A stretch of DNA of 64,000 nucleotides from Hyaloraphidium curvatum SAG 235-1 (Eukaryota > Fungi > Monoblepharomycota). Where the stretch lies: contig JAIVFI010000016.1 in NCBI GenBank assembly GCA_025558095.1, positions 124,001 to 188,000 of the forward strand, written 5' to 3'. Within the stretch, counting starts at the first letter, position 1. Each line of letters begins with the position of its first letter. The position numbers and the translations under genes were made by a program. A model generated the notes under the pieces. The model was not told where the DNA came from and did not search any database. It worked only from the letters and a program-made list of their open reading frames with translations. Below are positions 43,964 to 54,811 of the stretch, in pieces.

Positions 43964-45508
43964 ATGACGGAAGTCAACGTCGCAGCCGAGGTTGCCTTGA
44001 CCGTCCCGCCGCGGCGCTTCCGCCTGAGCGATGCCGAGTGGCTCGCCGTCCTCCCCGCCGCGCCGGCATGGGCGCCGGACCTCCCCGCCGCAGCAGCACC
44101 CACGGACCCCGCCGCCGCCGCCCGACAAGCGTGCCCGCTCGATGGCGACGCGTTTCTCGGAACCCTACGCTCGGGGGCGCCAGCGATGGCGGCGTCGTTG
44201 CGGCTCCAAGTCCTCGTCGAGCCGTTCGGAAGCCGAGCCCTGCTCCGTTCGGCCGCGGCCTGCCTGAGCTTCGTTGGGATCGCGGCGGTGTTCTGCGTCT
44301 TTGGTGCCGCCTACTACGGGACGGCACAGCTGGCCATCGGGGTCGCGGCGTTCCTGGTGCAGGTGTTCGCGTGCAGCCTGGGGCTCGCGGCTTTTGCGGC
44401 CTACCGGAGCAATTTCAGGGCTGCTGGGGCCAGCGGTGGAAGCAAGTCTTCCCCAATGGAAGCCGATTTCTCGGGGCACGGCGCCGCGGGTTTGGCCCGG
44501 TGGCTGCAGCTGGTGTCGGCCTCGGGGACCAGTTCTGAGCCTACGGAAGGCGCCCTGCTCCAGCACGATTCCTCGGATGCCCTGTGCCCGTGCAGCGCTC
44601 CCTCGTGCGCCGGCCGTCTTCCTTGGCTGGCTGGCGTCGCGCGGTTTGCGGAAAGTTCCTTCAAGTTCACGGTGCTGCTCCTCTATTTGCTGCTGGCGCT
44701 CGCCGGCGTAGCCGTCTTCCCCCCCTTTTCGGCGCAGATCTGGTTAGCACCCTGGGCAACCATTTTCATGGCGTTTTTCTGCATCCTTGGCGCGCTGTTC
44801 GGCGTCCCCCTTGCGTTCGGCCGCTTCGCCACCAACCTCCCGCTGCTTGAGCTCTCGCGTAGAGTCAGCCGTCGTGCGATGAGACTCGCCCTGAACCCGG
44901 TGATTGAGCGCTACCGCGCGGCGGTAGACTCCGGCAGCCCTTGGCAGGGATCTGCCAAGCCCGAACGAGCCGCGTACATGGACCTCCACCGCCTCCTCTC
45001 TTCGACGTGGAGGAACCGAATCCGCGGCTTCAGCACCACGTCGCACCTGATCCTCCCCGTGTCCACCGCCGTCATCTGCGGCCTGGCAAACATGGCCGTC
45101 GGATCCTGTCTCCCCGCCTTTTACCCCGGCTACTTTGCCTACGTGCTGTTTGCGGCCCTGCTGTTTGATCTCGTGCACGTCGCCGCCGCCAACTCGCAGG
45201 TAACGGACGTGCGCTCGCTGTACCTCGACGCGGCTCAGGAGCTCGCCGACCTCCGCCGCGAACTCGCGTCGACCGCCCTCCCCCCCGACCCGTCGCTCGT
45301 GACCGCCATGGAAGCCGACTCGGCCGTCCTGGCGTCGTACCTGGACGCGGACCGGTACCGCGCGCGGTTCCTCGGGTTCGTGGTGACCTTCGGCACGGTG
45401 CGCACGCTGCTCGTGACCGCGCTTACGCTGGCCCTGGGGCTGTGGAGCGTCCTCAGGAATCTGGGTGTGGTGCTGACGGGGGAGCTGGCTTGTCCGCCAC
45501 GGGCTTGA
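43964..45508 (+). CDS. Seven-TM protein with GR/OR-like (7TMIC/DUF3537-like) topology
   Basis: No signal peptide; 7 hydrophobic segments, short loops TM1-2/3-4/5-6, long loops TM2-3/4-5/6-7; terminal ARFLGFVV-TFGTVRTLLVTALTLALGLW; intronless. Confidence 0.7.
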   Translation: MTEVNVAAEVALTVPPRRFRLSDAEWLAVLPAAPAWAPDLPAAAAPTDPAAAARQACPLDGDAFLGTLRSGAPAMAASLRLQVLVEPFGSRALLRSAAACLSFVGIAAVFCVFGAAYYGTAQLAIGVAAFLVQVFACSLGLAAFAAYRSNFRAAGASGGSKSSPMEADFSGHGAAGLARWLQLVSASGTSSEPTEGALLQHDSSDALCPCSAPSCAGRLPWLAGVARFAESSFKFTVLLLYLLLALAGVAVFPPFSAQIWLAPWATIFMAFFCILGALFGVPLAFGRFATNLPLLELSRRVSRRAMRLALNPVIERYRAAVDSGSPWQGSAKPERAAYMDLHRLLSSTWRNRIRGFSTTSHLILPVSTAVICGLANMAVGSCLPAFYPGYFAYVLFAALLFDLVHVAAANSQVTDVRSLYLDAAQELADLRRELASTALPPDPSLVTAMEADSAVLASYLDADRYRARFLGFVVTFGTVRTLLVTALTLALGLWSVLRNLGVVLTGELACPPRA

Positions 45509-45983
45509 GGGAGCGGAGGGCAACCATCGCCGATACGGCGCGAGATGGCGGTGGGCGCGATCGCGGTAGCTGTTTTCTGAAGTCCGCCGCCCGCTACATG
45601 GTCGCGGCTGGGCAATCACAGGCCAGATTTTGATGCGAACCCACCTACCGGTTGCCCCGCGCTGCCGTCGGTTGCACCGTGGACTCGAGGAACTGGAAAC
45701 CGCCTTTCCTGTTGCAACGAATACTGCTGTCCATGGCCCGCCGACCCCGGCGATTCCGCGAATGTGTCCCGGATCCGATCCTCGGACGGTGGCAAAAAGG
45801 GAAAAGGTCAAGGGAAGTGGTGCCGATATGCTGGGTGGCTGAACTGCGTCCCTGTCCCATCGGGGCCGATATGTCGAGTGAGGTCGGTGAACCCCATCGC
45901 CATGCCGATATGCGCGGCCGAGTGAGGACGGACCGCACCACCCTTCAGTCGCCGTCCTGCCCCTTGGTGCCTCACTGGGCCAG

Positions 45984-47577
45984 ATGGCGGTCCGTGAGCA
46001 ATCCCCAATTCTCCTCTGCGCGGCCCTCCTGGTCACCCTGGTCGCCCTTACCGCCCGACCCGCGGAGGCGCAGGGCGTCATCGGCGCATCGTGCCTTCGC
46101 TCCTCCATCGTCGAATGCCAGAGTGGCTGCTGCGACCGCGGTATCTGCAAGTCGTGGGAAGCGTGTTTCGCGGCGCCAGTGCCGGCCTCCAATGGTGCGC
46201 CGTGCACGGCAAGCACGCCGAGGCAGTGTTCGTCGGGCTGCTGTCTGGACGGGGCCTGCGCCCCACCGGCAAACTGCTTCGGAGTCGATCCGCAGGTATG
46301 CTTTCGCCGCGCGCAGTCGGGAAGTTCACCAGGTACTCCGTCCCCCATGCCAGACTATGTTCGTACAAAGCGCCGGCTCTGCAACGCTCCGCCTCGTAGA
46401 TTCCAAGGCTTCATGGCCGCTCCAGCTGGAGCTAACCAGTGCAAACTCGAAGACTTCATGGTTCACGGACCGTCCCATTCGCGAGTCGGGTCGCGTGCCC
46501 AACGACGTCTTCCTCGGCACTATCGGAGACACCCCGTCGAGCCCCATGAACGCCGCACTCCTGGCGGCAATCGATAACAGCACTAAGGATCATGTGGGCA
46601 CGGTTTCACCCCTCCGTTCCTTTGGGCTGACACGACCGAACACCGCGTCCAGATGCTCATAGTCCAGCTTGCCAACGGCGTGGTCTCCAATGGGAAGACA
46701 ATGGTCTACAGCGCACGCTTACTCCGCAAGATTCTCGAGTACCCACCCACCCCCAATGTGGCCGTGTTCCGCTCTTCTTTCCTGAACAACATGGCGGCGT
46801 CCACCACGGAAGCTCCCTTCCTGGCGGACAAAGGGAAGGATCAGGTGCTCACGAACGTCGAGCTGTTTATCGACGATTGCCCGAGCAACGTTCCCTTCTT
46901 CTGTTGCGCCGGTTCGAGCTGCAACTACAACGGCTGGCTACCAGCCCCCAATGACACCTACAAGAACGAATATGCATGCCCAAGCAACGCTGTGGGCATA
47001 GTGATATCCGGATCATGCTGGTACGGAAGCTCCAGTGCAGACAAAGGGACTGGTTGCGTGGCGTGCAATGCCCAGGGAGTAACGGAACTCTGCACGACCG
47101 CCTTCCCGGCCACTTGCTCTTCTGGGAACTGCTCGTCGTCGTGGGTTCCGGCCTACAGTCCCAATTTCGAATGCTGCGCCAATGCTCCCGAGACCTGTGA
47201 CTTCTTCAACGACCCCGGCTGCCAGTACTGCCCGGTCGACAGCCCGGGCTACGTCCCCGCACCGCCACCGCCGCCTCCTCCCCCTCCGCCGCCGCCCCCG
47301 CCGCCGGGACCGCCGCCGCCGCCTCCACCTCCGGAATGCAACATCTGCAGTTTCGATTGCCCCAAGCAGAGCTGCTGCAACACCGGAGCTTGTTCGGAAC
47401 CAAGCTGCTGTACCGGATGTAAGCTTGACTATCGCTTTAACTGGCCCTTGCTGGCGGTTGACCAACGCGACATTTCTAGGTGCCCCCAACTGCAAGACAT
47501 TTTGCTACAAGGAGCCCGAGTGCGGACAACCGGCTGGCCAGACCATATGTACTGGCCCTACTGACGTGTGCACGTAA
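45984..47577 (+). CDS. Secreted Cys-rich protein containing a prokaryote-like FVQ.A...WFTDRP.R..G...NA.L...LFID domain and poly-Pro
   Basis: Signal peptide; CC repeats; introns 46296-46353, ~46594-46652, ~47419-47479. Confidence 0.7.
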
Positions 47578-47957
47578 CGCAAAGGGGAGACGGGCTATGC
47601 GCCATCGCCATCTTTCTAAGTGATAGGCGGAGGCGGGGCACGGGGGTTTGCTTGATGTACTTTGCAACGGATGGGGCCGGAATCTCCACCGAAATCGTGC
47701 AGCGCTGCGTCTGGCAGCCGCAAGCTTCGGTGCCGTGCTGCCTATGGTATTCGTGTGCCTATCCGTGTGGCTGTTTATGAAGTCGAAACGAACTTGAACT
47801 CAACGCGGGTATGCGCCGCTTGGTGGGCCAATGTGTGCGCGCCGAACCCGCCCAATTGCGTGCTCCGCCCCTCCGCTGGGCCGCCCCCAATATCCCCTCA
47901 CCAGGCAGTATCCCGCGAAATCATCACCGGCGGCACCCACAGCCCTGCGAGCACGCC

Positions 47958-49111
47958 ATGGCACCCGTCGCGGCCGAGCCCGTCAGCCCCGTGACGCCGC
48001 CCGCGTCGCTGCCGCCGGCATTCGCCACGCCCGACGTGTGGGTCGCTGCGGACGTCGAGGCGCACCCGGAGCGGTGGACGCACGCCCTGTCGGCCGAGGA
48101 GATCGCCGAGTTCGACGCGGCCATCGCGCACTTCCTGTCGCTGGGGCTGCCGCTCTCCGCCGCGTCGCGGGAGAACTTCCCGCTCGGCCCGCGGACCGCC
48201 GCCCTCGCCGAGCGGCTGCGCGGGGACCTGTACTCCAAGCACGGCTTCGCGCTGCTCAAGGGGCTGCCGGTGGACAGGTGGACGCGCGAGCAGGTGGCCG
48301 CCTTCACGCTCGGCTTCGGGAGGCAGTTCGGCTCGCTGATGCCGCAGAACAAGAAGGGTGCGTTCGGCAGGGCGCCCGCCCGTCCGGCGTCGCCGACCTT
48401 GGTCGCTGACCCCGATCCGCGCCAGGCCACCTCCTCGGCCATGTCAAGGACATCGGCCACGACCCCAGCCTGCCCACGACCCGCATCTACGCCACCCACG
48501 AGCGGCAGCGCTTCCACACCGACGAGGCCGACACCGTCGGCCTGGTGTGCCTCGAGGTGGCCGAGAGCGGCGGCGAGTCGCTCATGGTCTCGTCCGCGGC
48601 CGTGTACAACCACCTCCTGGAGCACGACCCCGCCTCCCTCAAGGTCCTGATGGAGCCGTTCTACTGGGACCGCAAGGACGAGCAGGCCCCCGGCGAGGCG
48701 CCCTACGGCCTCGCCCCGGTGCTGATCCACCTCCCCCCCAAATCGCCCGGCGGCCCGGGCCGCCTCGCCTCCTTCCAGGACCGCAACTTCCTCCGCACCG
48801 CCTCCCGCCACGCGGGCGTGCCCCCCCTCACGCCGGCTCAGCTCCGCGCGCTGGACGCGCTCGACGCCGCGTGCGAGAAGCTCGCGATGCGGATGACGCT
48901 CGAGCGCGGGGACATGCAGCTCCTGCACAACAACCAGGCGCTGCACGACCGGACGGCCTTTGTCGACCGGCAGGACAGGAAGAGGCATCTGCTGAGGCTG
49001 TGGTTGCGGAGGGAGGGGGACGCGGGGGATTGGGAGATGCCCGAGGCGCTGTTCAAGGTGAGGAGCAGCTACGACATCAAGGTCAGGACGACGCCGCTCG
49101 AGGCCGAGTAG
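47958..49111 (+). CDS. TauD/TfdA-family Fe(II)/2OG dioxygenase
   Basis: GFALLKGLP, PQNKKG|HLLGHVKD, FHTD (HxD), LERGDMQLLHN..LHDRTAF, RHLLRLWL; intron ~48358-48426. Confidence 0.92.
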
Positions 49112-49255
49112 GGCGGAGGAAGGGTGGTGCTCCGGCCTGATGTGGGCCCGGGTCGTGCAGATTTGTCATAGAGAACGTCTGCTGGAGGCTCCGCGTGTTT
49201 GATCGGGAGCGTCGCAGTCGGCCACATTTTTCAGGCGTTGCACAGCACTGCAAAC

Positions 49256-50314
49256 ATGGAAGCTGGCGCGTCGCAGCAGGCCATGAAACTCGCGGAATCG
49301 CTCGCATCGTCGTCTCCGCAAGCTAACGCCGCGCTGGGCGCGTTCCTCGGCGCGGCCGCGGCCGACGCGGCGGGCGCCGTGCTCGAGTTCCTCGGCCGCG
49401 CTCCCGACCCGGCCGACGTCGACCGCGCGGTGGCGCAGCCGGGCGGCGGCACCTGGAAACTCGCCCCGGGCCAGATCACCGACGACACGGAGCTGGCCAT
49501 CGCGCTGGCCGACGGGTTGATTGCTGGGAATGCGGGGAGCGCGCCGGCCGTGAACCTGGACGGCGTCGCCGTCGCCTACGGAAAATGGTCCCGATCGCGA
49601 CCGTTCGACATCGGATCGACCACAAGCAAGGCGCTCAGCGCGGCCCCCCTGTCGCAGACCCCGGGCTGCGCCGCCGCCCTCGCCATGCACACGGCGCAGT
49701 TCAACATGTCCTCGCAGGCCAACGGCAGCCTCATGCGCGCCACGCCGCTCGGCATCTTTGCCCACAGGCTCCCTGCCACCGACGCCGGGCGCGCGGGGGC
49801 GCGGGACAGCGCGCTCACCCACCCGAACCCGGCCGTCTGCGGGGCCGAGGCCGCCTACGTCGCCGCCGTCGCGCACCTCGTCCGGTGCCCGGGCGATTCC
49901 GCAGGAGCCTTGGCCGCCGCCAAGTCCGCGCTCGCCGCCGGCGCGGCCGAGTGGATCGAAACCATCGCATGGCTCGACATCGCGGAGAAGGACGCGCTGC
50001 GAGTTCCTTACTACCCGCAGGCCGGATACGCCAAGATCGCGTTCACCCACGCGTTCCGCCACCTCGCAGCGAGGACCCCCTATGAGGATGCCCTGAAGGA
50101 AACGCTGCTGGGAGGCGGCGACACGGACACCAACGCCGCGATCGTCTGCGGGCTCGTCGGGGCGCTCCACGGGTTCGAGGCGATCCCCGAGAGGCTGTGG
50201 AGGCCCGTGCTCGAGTGCGATACGGGTAAGGGGAGGGAGAGGCCGGAGTGGCTGTCGGGAGCGAGGATTCCGGGGCTGGTGAAGTGTTTGCTGGAGTTGG
50301 CACCCGGTCGGTAG
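49256..50314 (+). CDS. ADP-ribosylglycohydrolase (ARH/DraG family)
   Basis: GA.LG...DA.G, GQITDDTE, FDIG.TT, NGSLMR, LTH, GGDTDTNAAI; intronless. Confidence 0.95.
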   Translation: MEAGASQQAMKLAESLASSSPQANAALGAFLGAAAADAAGAVLEFLGRAPDPADVDRAVAQPGGGTWKLAPGQITDDTELAIALADGLIAGNAGSAPAVNLDGVAVAYGKWSRSRPFDIGSTTSKALSAAPLSQTPGCAAALAMHTAQFNMSSQANGSLMRATPLGIFAHRLPATDAGRAGARDSALTHPNPAVCGAEAAYVAAVAHLVRCPGDSAGALAAAKSALAAGAAEWIETIAWLDIAEKDALRVPYYPQAGYAKIAFTHAFRHLAARTPYEDALKETLLGGGDTDTNAAIVCGLVGALHGFEAIPERLWRPVLECDTGKGRERPEWLSGARIPGLVKCLLELAPGR

Positions 50315-50448
50315 GTACCCGGGGGTCGATCGTTAAAGTCATCGACTGTATCGCGAACCGTGGACAATGATAGCACCATGCGTCTTGTCCAATACATACT
50401 TCCAATGTCCATCTGACGCCCAAGTCGTCCACACGCACTCGCCTCCGC

Positions 50449-53400
50449 CTACTCCCGATCGCAGGTGTACGTCACGAACAGGCTCTTGTCCCCCTTACAC
50501 GGATCCCCGTACACCTCGTCCATCGCCTTGTTGAACGCCGTGTGGGCGCACGAGTGCTCGTCGCTGTCCGAGAGGTACCCGTACGTGCGCTGCATGTCCT
50601 TGATGTTGGAGCCCATGGGGGGCTGCTTGCAGTAGTTGCGGAGCAGGCTGGTGACGTCCTTGGGCTGGCACTGGTCCGTGCAGGGGTTGGGCGGGCCGGA
50701 GACCGGGGGTCCGGGCGGGGGAGGGGGAGGGGGAGGGGGGGCGCCTTTCTTCCTCGGCGGCGGCTTGCCGGGCCGCGAAGGACAGTACTGCACGCAAGAG
50801 TCAACGAGATCGGCGGGATATCCGGATCGGCCCACCTGCGCGCTGACGATGTTTATCTTGCCGAGGTTCTGCGGGCAGTCGAACGTGATGCGGCCCCGCT
50901 TGTCTTTCGCCGCCTTGACCACGGCGCTCCGCAGCAGCTTGCGCGGCGCCAGGTCAGCAGCGTACTTGTCCGCGGCCTCCTTCTCCGCGCGGTCCTTGGC
51001 CGCCTTGGCCTTGACCTGCTGTTCCGCCACGGAGCGCATCAGCGCCTCGTTGATGTCGTCCACCATCTTCTGCGTCCGCGCGACGAGGCCGTCGACGAAC
51101 GGGTGCACGGCCTTGGCGAGGTCGTCCGGCAGCAGCGTGTCCACGGGCTGCACGTCCTGCACCTCGATCACCTGCCACTTGCTCCACGGGTTGACTGACT
51201 GCCGCCACGCGGCCAGGTCGCCCCCGTCGTACAGCGTTTCGTCCCCGCCGACGACCGAGAACCCGCTCTTCTGCGCCTCCTTGAGCCACGAGTTCTGCGC
51301 CGACGACGAGGTCCCCTGGCTGTAGGCGGCGCTGAAGCTCGCCGCGATGCGGCCGAACGAAACGTCGACCCCGGCGCCGGCGTTGATGGTGCGGCTGCGG
51401 TCCTGCCCCTGCTCCGAGTTCTCCGTCGTCGAATCCTCGGTATTGTACAATTTTGCGCCCATGACCACGGTGCGCGGGAACAGGATGCCCCATCTCGCGA
51501 CGACCTCGAGGAACGCGTCCAGCTCGGCCTTGGTGGGCGGCGGGGTCCTGGGCTTTGCCGGGACCGGCCGGCGTACCTTGGCGAGGAAGGCCTTGACGGC
51601 GTCCACAAATGCCGGGTTGACGACGAAGAAGCTCGGGTCGATGGATATCTGCACCTTGGGCAGCGACAGGACGAGCACCTTGCCCTTGCGCGTGGCGACG
51701 CTCTCGGAGAAGCTCGACTGCTCCTGCTTGAAGCCAAACTGCGCGCTCACCGTTACCTGGATAACGGATGGTTCAGCATGCGGGACCTCAAGGTGCTGGA
51801 GGGGATGAGTACCATCATGTAGCGAGCCGAAGCCTTGACGTCCGCGCCCTGGAACCCCGACACGACCATCTTGCTCTGCACCGTGCTCGATGTCTCGGTC
51901 TGGCTCTGCACCGCCTGCGTGCTGCTCCTGAAGAACCCGTTCTGCGCCCTGAACGAGCCCCTCCCCAGCTTCGGGACCAGCACCGGCCCCGCGGTGGCGC
52001 GCTGCGGGACCATGCCGTCCGTGGGCTTGAATGCCGAGAGCAGCCCGCGGGATTTGAAGAGGACCTCCCAGCTCTGCGGCGCCAGCTGCGCCGCGTCCGA
52101 CGCCTCGGGCTGGCTGTCCTGGTCGATGGGCAGGACGATCTGGATGCGAGCGCCCAGCAGCGCGTCCGCGGCGCGCTTGGCGTCCGGGTCGACGGCAAAG
52201 GCGGCCAGGTACAGCCCGTCCAGGTTGTCCTGCGCCTTGACCTGCCCCACGAACCCGCGCTCCCCCGCGCAGCGGGTGCGACCAAACTGCTCGTCGATTG
52301 CGCCCTTGGCCTGCAGCTTCCTGAACACCGTGCTGTCCTTCCCCTCCGGCCCGGCCGAGGTCACGAGGTTCACGGTGAGCGCGGGCGAGTCGACGCCGGG
52401 GATGCAGGCGTAGCCGACGACGGTGATGGAGCCGTCGTCCGCGAGCGAAATCTTGGCGTCGCCGATGGGGGGGTCCACGGTCGCGGCCTTGGCGGTGACG
52501 ACGGGGCCGCCCTGGACCGTGGGCAGGAGGATGAACCGCTTGGCCGCGATGGCGTCGGGCACCGAGACAGAAGGGTCGAAGGCGACGACGGAGAGCTCGA
52601 CGCTGGCCTTGGTCCCGACAAAGTCCTCGTCCAGCCGCAGGGTGAAGAAGGGGTCCACGGTGGAGCTGCCGCACATCTGGCGCACGAACTCGAGGTCCTC
52701 GTCGGGCTTGGGGGGCCGGATCGACGGCGGGCGGGCCGAGATCTTGGCCTTGGTCACCGAGATGGCGGACTGCTCGTTGACGGCCACGCGCGGCGGCACG
52801 GCCCATATCGGCACGTTGTTGCTGGATGCGCTCAGGCACGCCCAGCCCTCGATGGTGGCGGTCCCGTCCGAGGCGATCTTGGCGCTCGTCACCTTGCCCC
52901 GCACCGTGCCGACGGCCCTGGCCTGCTCCTTGGCCTCCTGCGAGCCCGCGACCACCTTGTCGTCATCCTCGGCCCCGACGGTGCCGGCCTCACAGTGGTA
53001 CCAGATGCGCAGGATCGGCGGGCCGGTGGCGCACTTGGGCGCGGGCTTGCCGCCCAGCAGCTTTTCCGCGGTCGCGAAGATTTTGCACGAGGGCTTGCTC
53101 ATGCACAGCTTGACCACCCCGGCCTGCGCGTTGCGGTCGGTCTTGGCGAGCGAACAGGCGAGATCGGCGTCCTTGTCCCGGCGGATTAGCTGCCGCACCC
53201 GTCTGGGGTTCTTGCCGCGGCTCCGCAAGCGAGGCCGCCGGCCCCGGCGCACACGCAGCCGCCGCATCCGTCGGGCATCCTCGTCCTCTTCGTCCCCATC
53301 CTCGCCATCCCCTTCCTTCTCCTCGTCGCCGTCCGCTGAATCCGCCCCGTCGTCATCTCCGTCGGAATCGTCGCCAGACTTGTCCTCGGTTTCATCTGCG

Positions 53401-54146
53401 TCTGAGTCCTCTTCGCCCGAGTCTCCTTTCTCCGCATCGGAATCGCCCGAGTCTTCGCTATCTGCATCCGAATCGCCCGAGTCTCCTTTTTCCGCGTCCG
53501 AATCGTCATCGCCCGCATCGGAATCGTCGTCCGAATCGTCCGAATCTCCTTCATCCCCATCGGATTCGTCCGAGTCCCCATCCTTCGCGCCGCACCGCGT
53601 CGCAGCCGCGACGGCCGGGGTGCGGAACAGTGTCGCCCTGTCCACCACGATCTTGAGTGCGCCGCACTCGAGCGCCCCCTGGTACTTGCCGCCGTCGCCG
53701 TCGGCGCACATGGAGACCACCTTTGCTGAGTTGCCGTTTGAGCTCAGCGGCGGTGTCGTCGAGCACGCGTACGACACCATCAGCCCGGCGCTGGCCTTGC
53801 TGCACGAGTCGCGGCTGGGCACGAGCTCGCGCATGTCGGCGCCGCACCCGTTCTGCCCGTCGCACAGCGCCGACACGCGGTCCTTGATCTCCTTGGCTTC
53901 GCTCGCGCTGACGGCGCACTTGCCCTTCCCCGCGCAGTCGTCGCCGCCGAGCCCCGCGCCGAACGAGGCGTCGGCCACCGCGAGGAACTGCCGCGGCGGG
54001 CAGCCGAGCCGCACAGCGCCGTCCGCCACGCAGAACGCCGCCTCCCCCGCCGCGGCATCCGCGGGCCCCGCGCGGCAGGCGAGCGCCAAAATGGCCAGCG
54101 CCAAAAACGCGCTTCCGCACGGGCCGCTGCGCCGGCGCCGCCGCAT
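50449..54146 (-). CDS. Secreted multidomain protein: SUEL/rhamnose-lectin-like domains + acidic tract + MACPF pore-forming domain + C-terminal SUEL-like domain (~1210 aa)
   Basis: Signal peptide; L.CP....I.V..A.FG...C.G...C...DSC...VSY.C; MACPF-like WGILFPRTVVMGAK, VVGGD, AWRQSV..W.VI; C-term GDPC.G.K.L.V.Y.C; intron 51757-51812. Confidence 0.8.
53281..53580 (-). repeat. Coding Asp/Ser/Glu/Gly low-complexity repeat (e.g. DSDAEKGDSG twice)
   Basis: Imperfect repeats within the MACPF protein. Confidence 0.8.
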
Positions 54147-54523
54147 CGCGGGGGTGGCCTTTGAGGTTCGGGTGCGAGGCGGAAGTCAAACGGGTCCAGA
54201 GCACAGCCATGCATTCGGGTCGGCGATTCGGTCGGATATTCGCGGCCGTACGCGCTGCCAGGCCGGTTCGACCGAAATCAGCCTTGCTAGTAGCAGCGGA
54301 AGCAGTTTCTGAGCGTGGCAGTGTTGGATATCGTGCGGGACCGCCATTTCACGCCTTTTTGCGCTTGCGGGACTGCGGACGCAAGCCTGACTTGCCGCAA
54401 GTCGGGGAGCTCCGCGCTACGAACTCGCCGGAGGCCGATGGGACACTTCGTCGATCTGGATGGCTGCATGCGGTCAGTGAACGAGGCCTCGCGTCGTGGC
54501 AATACTCGGTTCACCCTCTGCCT

Positions 54524-54811
54524 CTATTCTGGACTGCTGGGAGGGGCTCCCCTGGTTGCCACTGCGTTGCAATGTGCCCTGTTGTTCAGGTGCACTTCAA
54601 AGTTGCCCAGAGACATCTCGGGCCCAAGTGCGTATTGCCGCCCCGGGCAGTCGTGGCACCGCACGCGGAGAAACGAATCATCCGGCAAGCCAACGTCCAA
54701 TGTGGTCCGTGCTCTCCGCGCTATCGAGAAGAGAGCGTCGGAGTACTGCCTCCGGAGCATCAGCAGGGCTTCCTGCAGCAGAGGAGCGAGCTCCCGTTCA
54801 TCGACCGTCTC
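54524..54811 (-). CDS. Exon encoding a fungal SNF5-C-terminus-like zinc-finger module; possibly spliced onto the aldolase
   Basis: RVRCHDCPGRQY..GPEMSLGNFEVHLNNRAH; preceded by CTCAC...CAG acceptor at 54812. Confidence 0.55.
   Translation of the reverse strand, partial: ETVDERELAPLLQEALLMLRRQYSDALFSIARRARTTLDVGLPDDSFLRVRCHDCPGRQYALGPEMSLGNFEVHLNNRAHCNAVATRGAPPSSPE

Noticed and set aside
49256-54146. ARH plus MACPF as a toxin-immunity pair
   Set aside because: No ADP-ribosyltransferase domain seen in the MACPF protein; adjacency alone is insufficient
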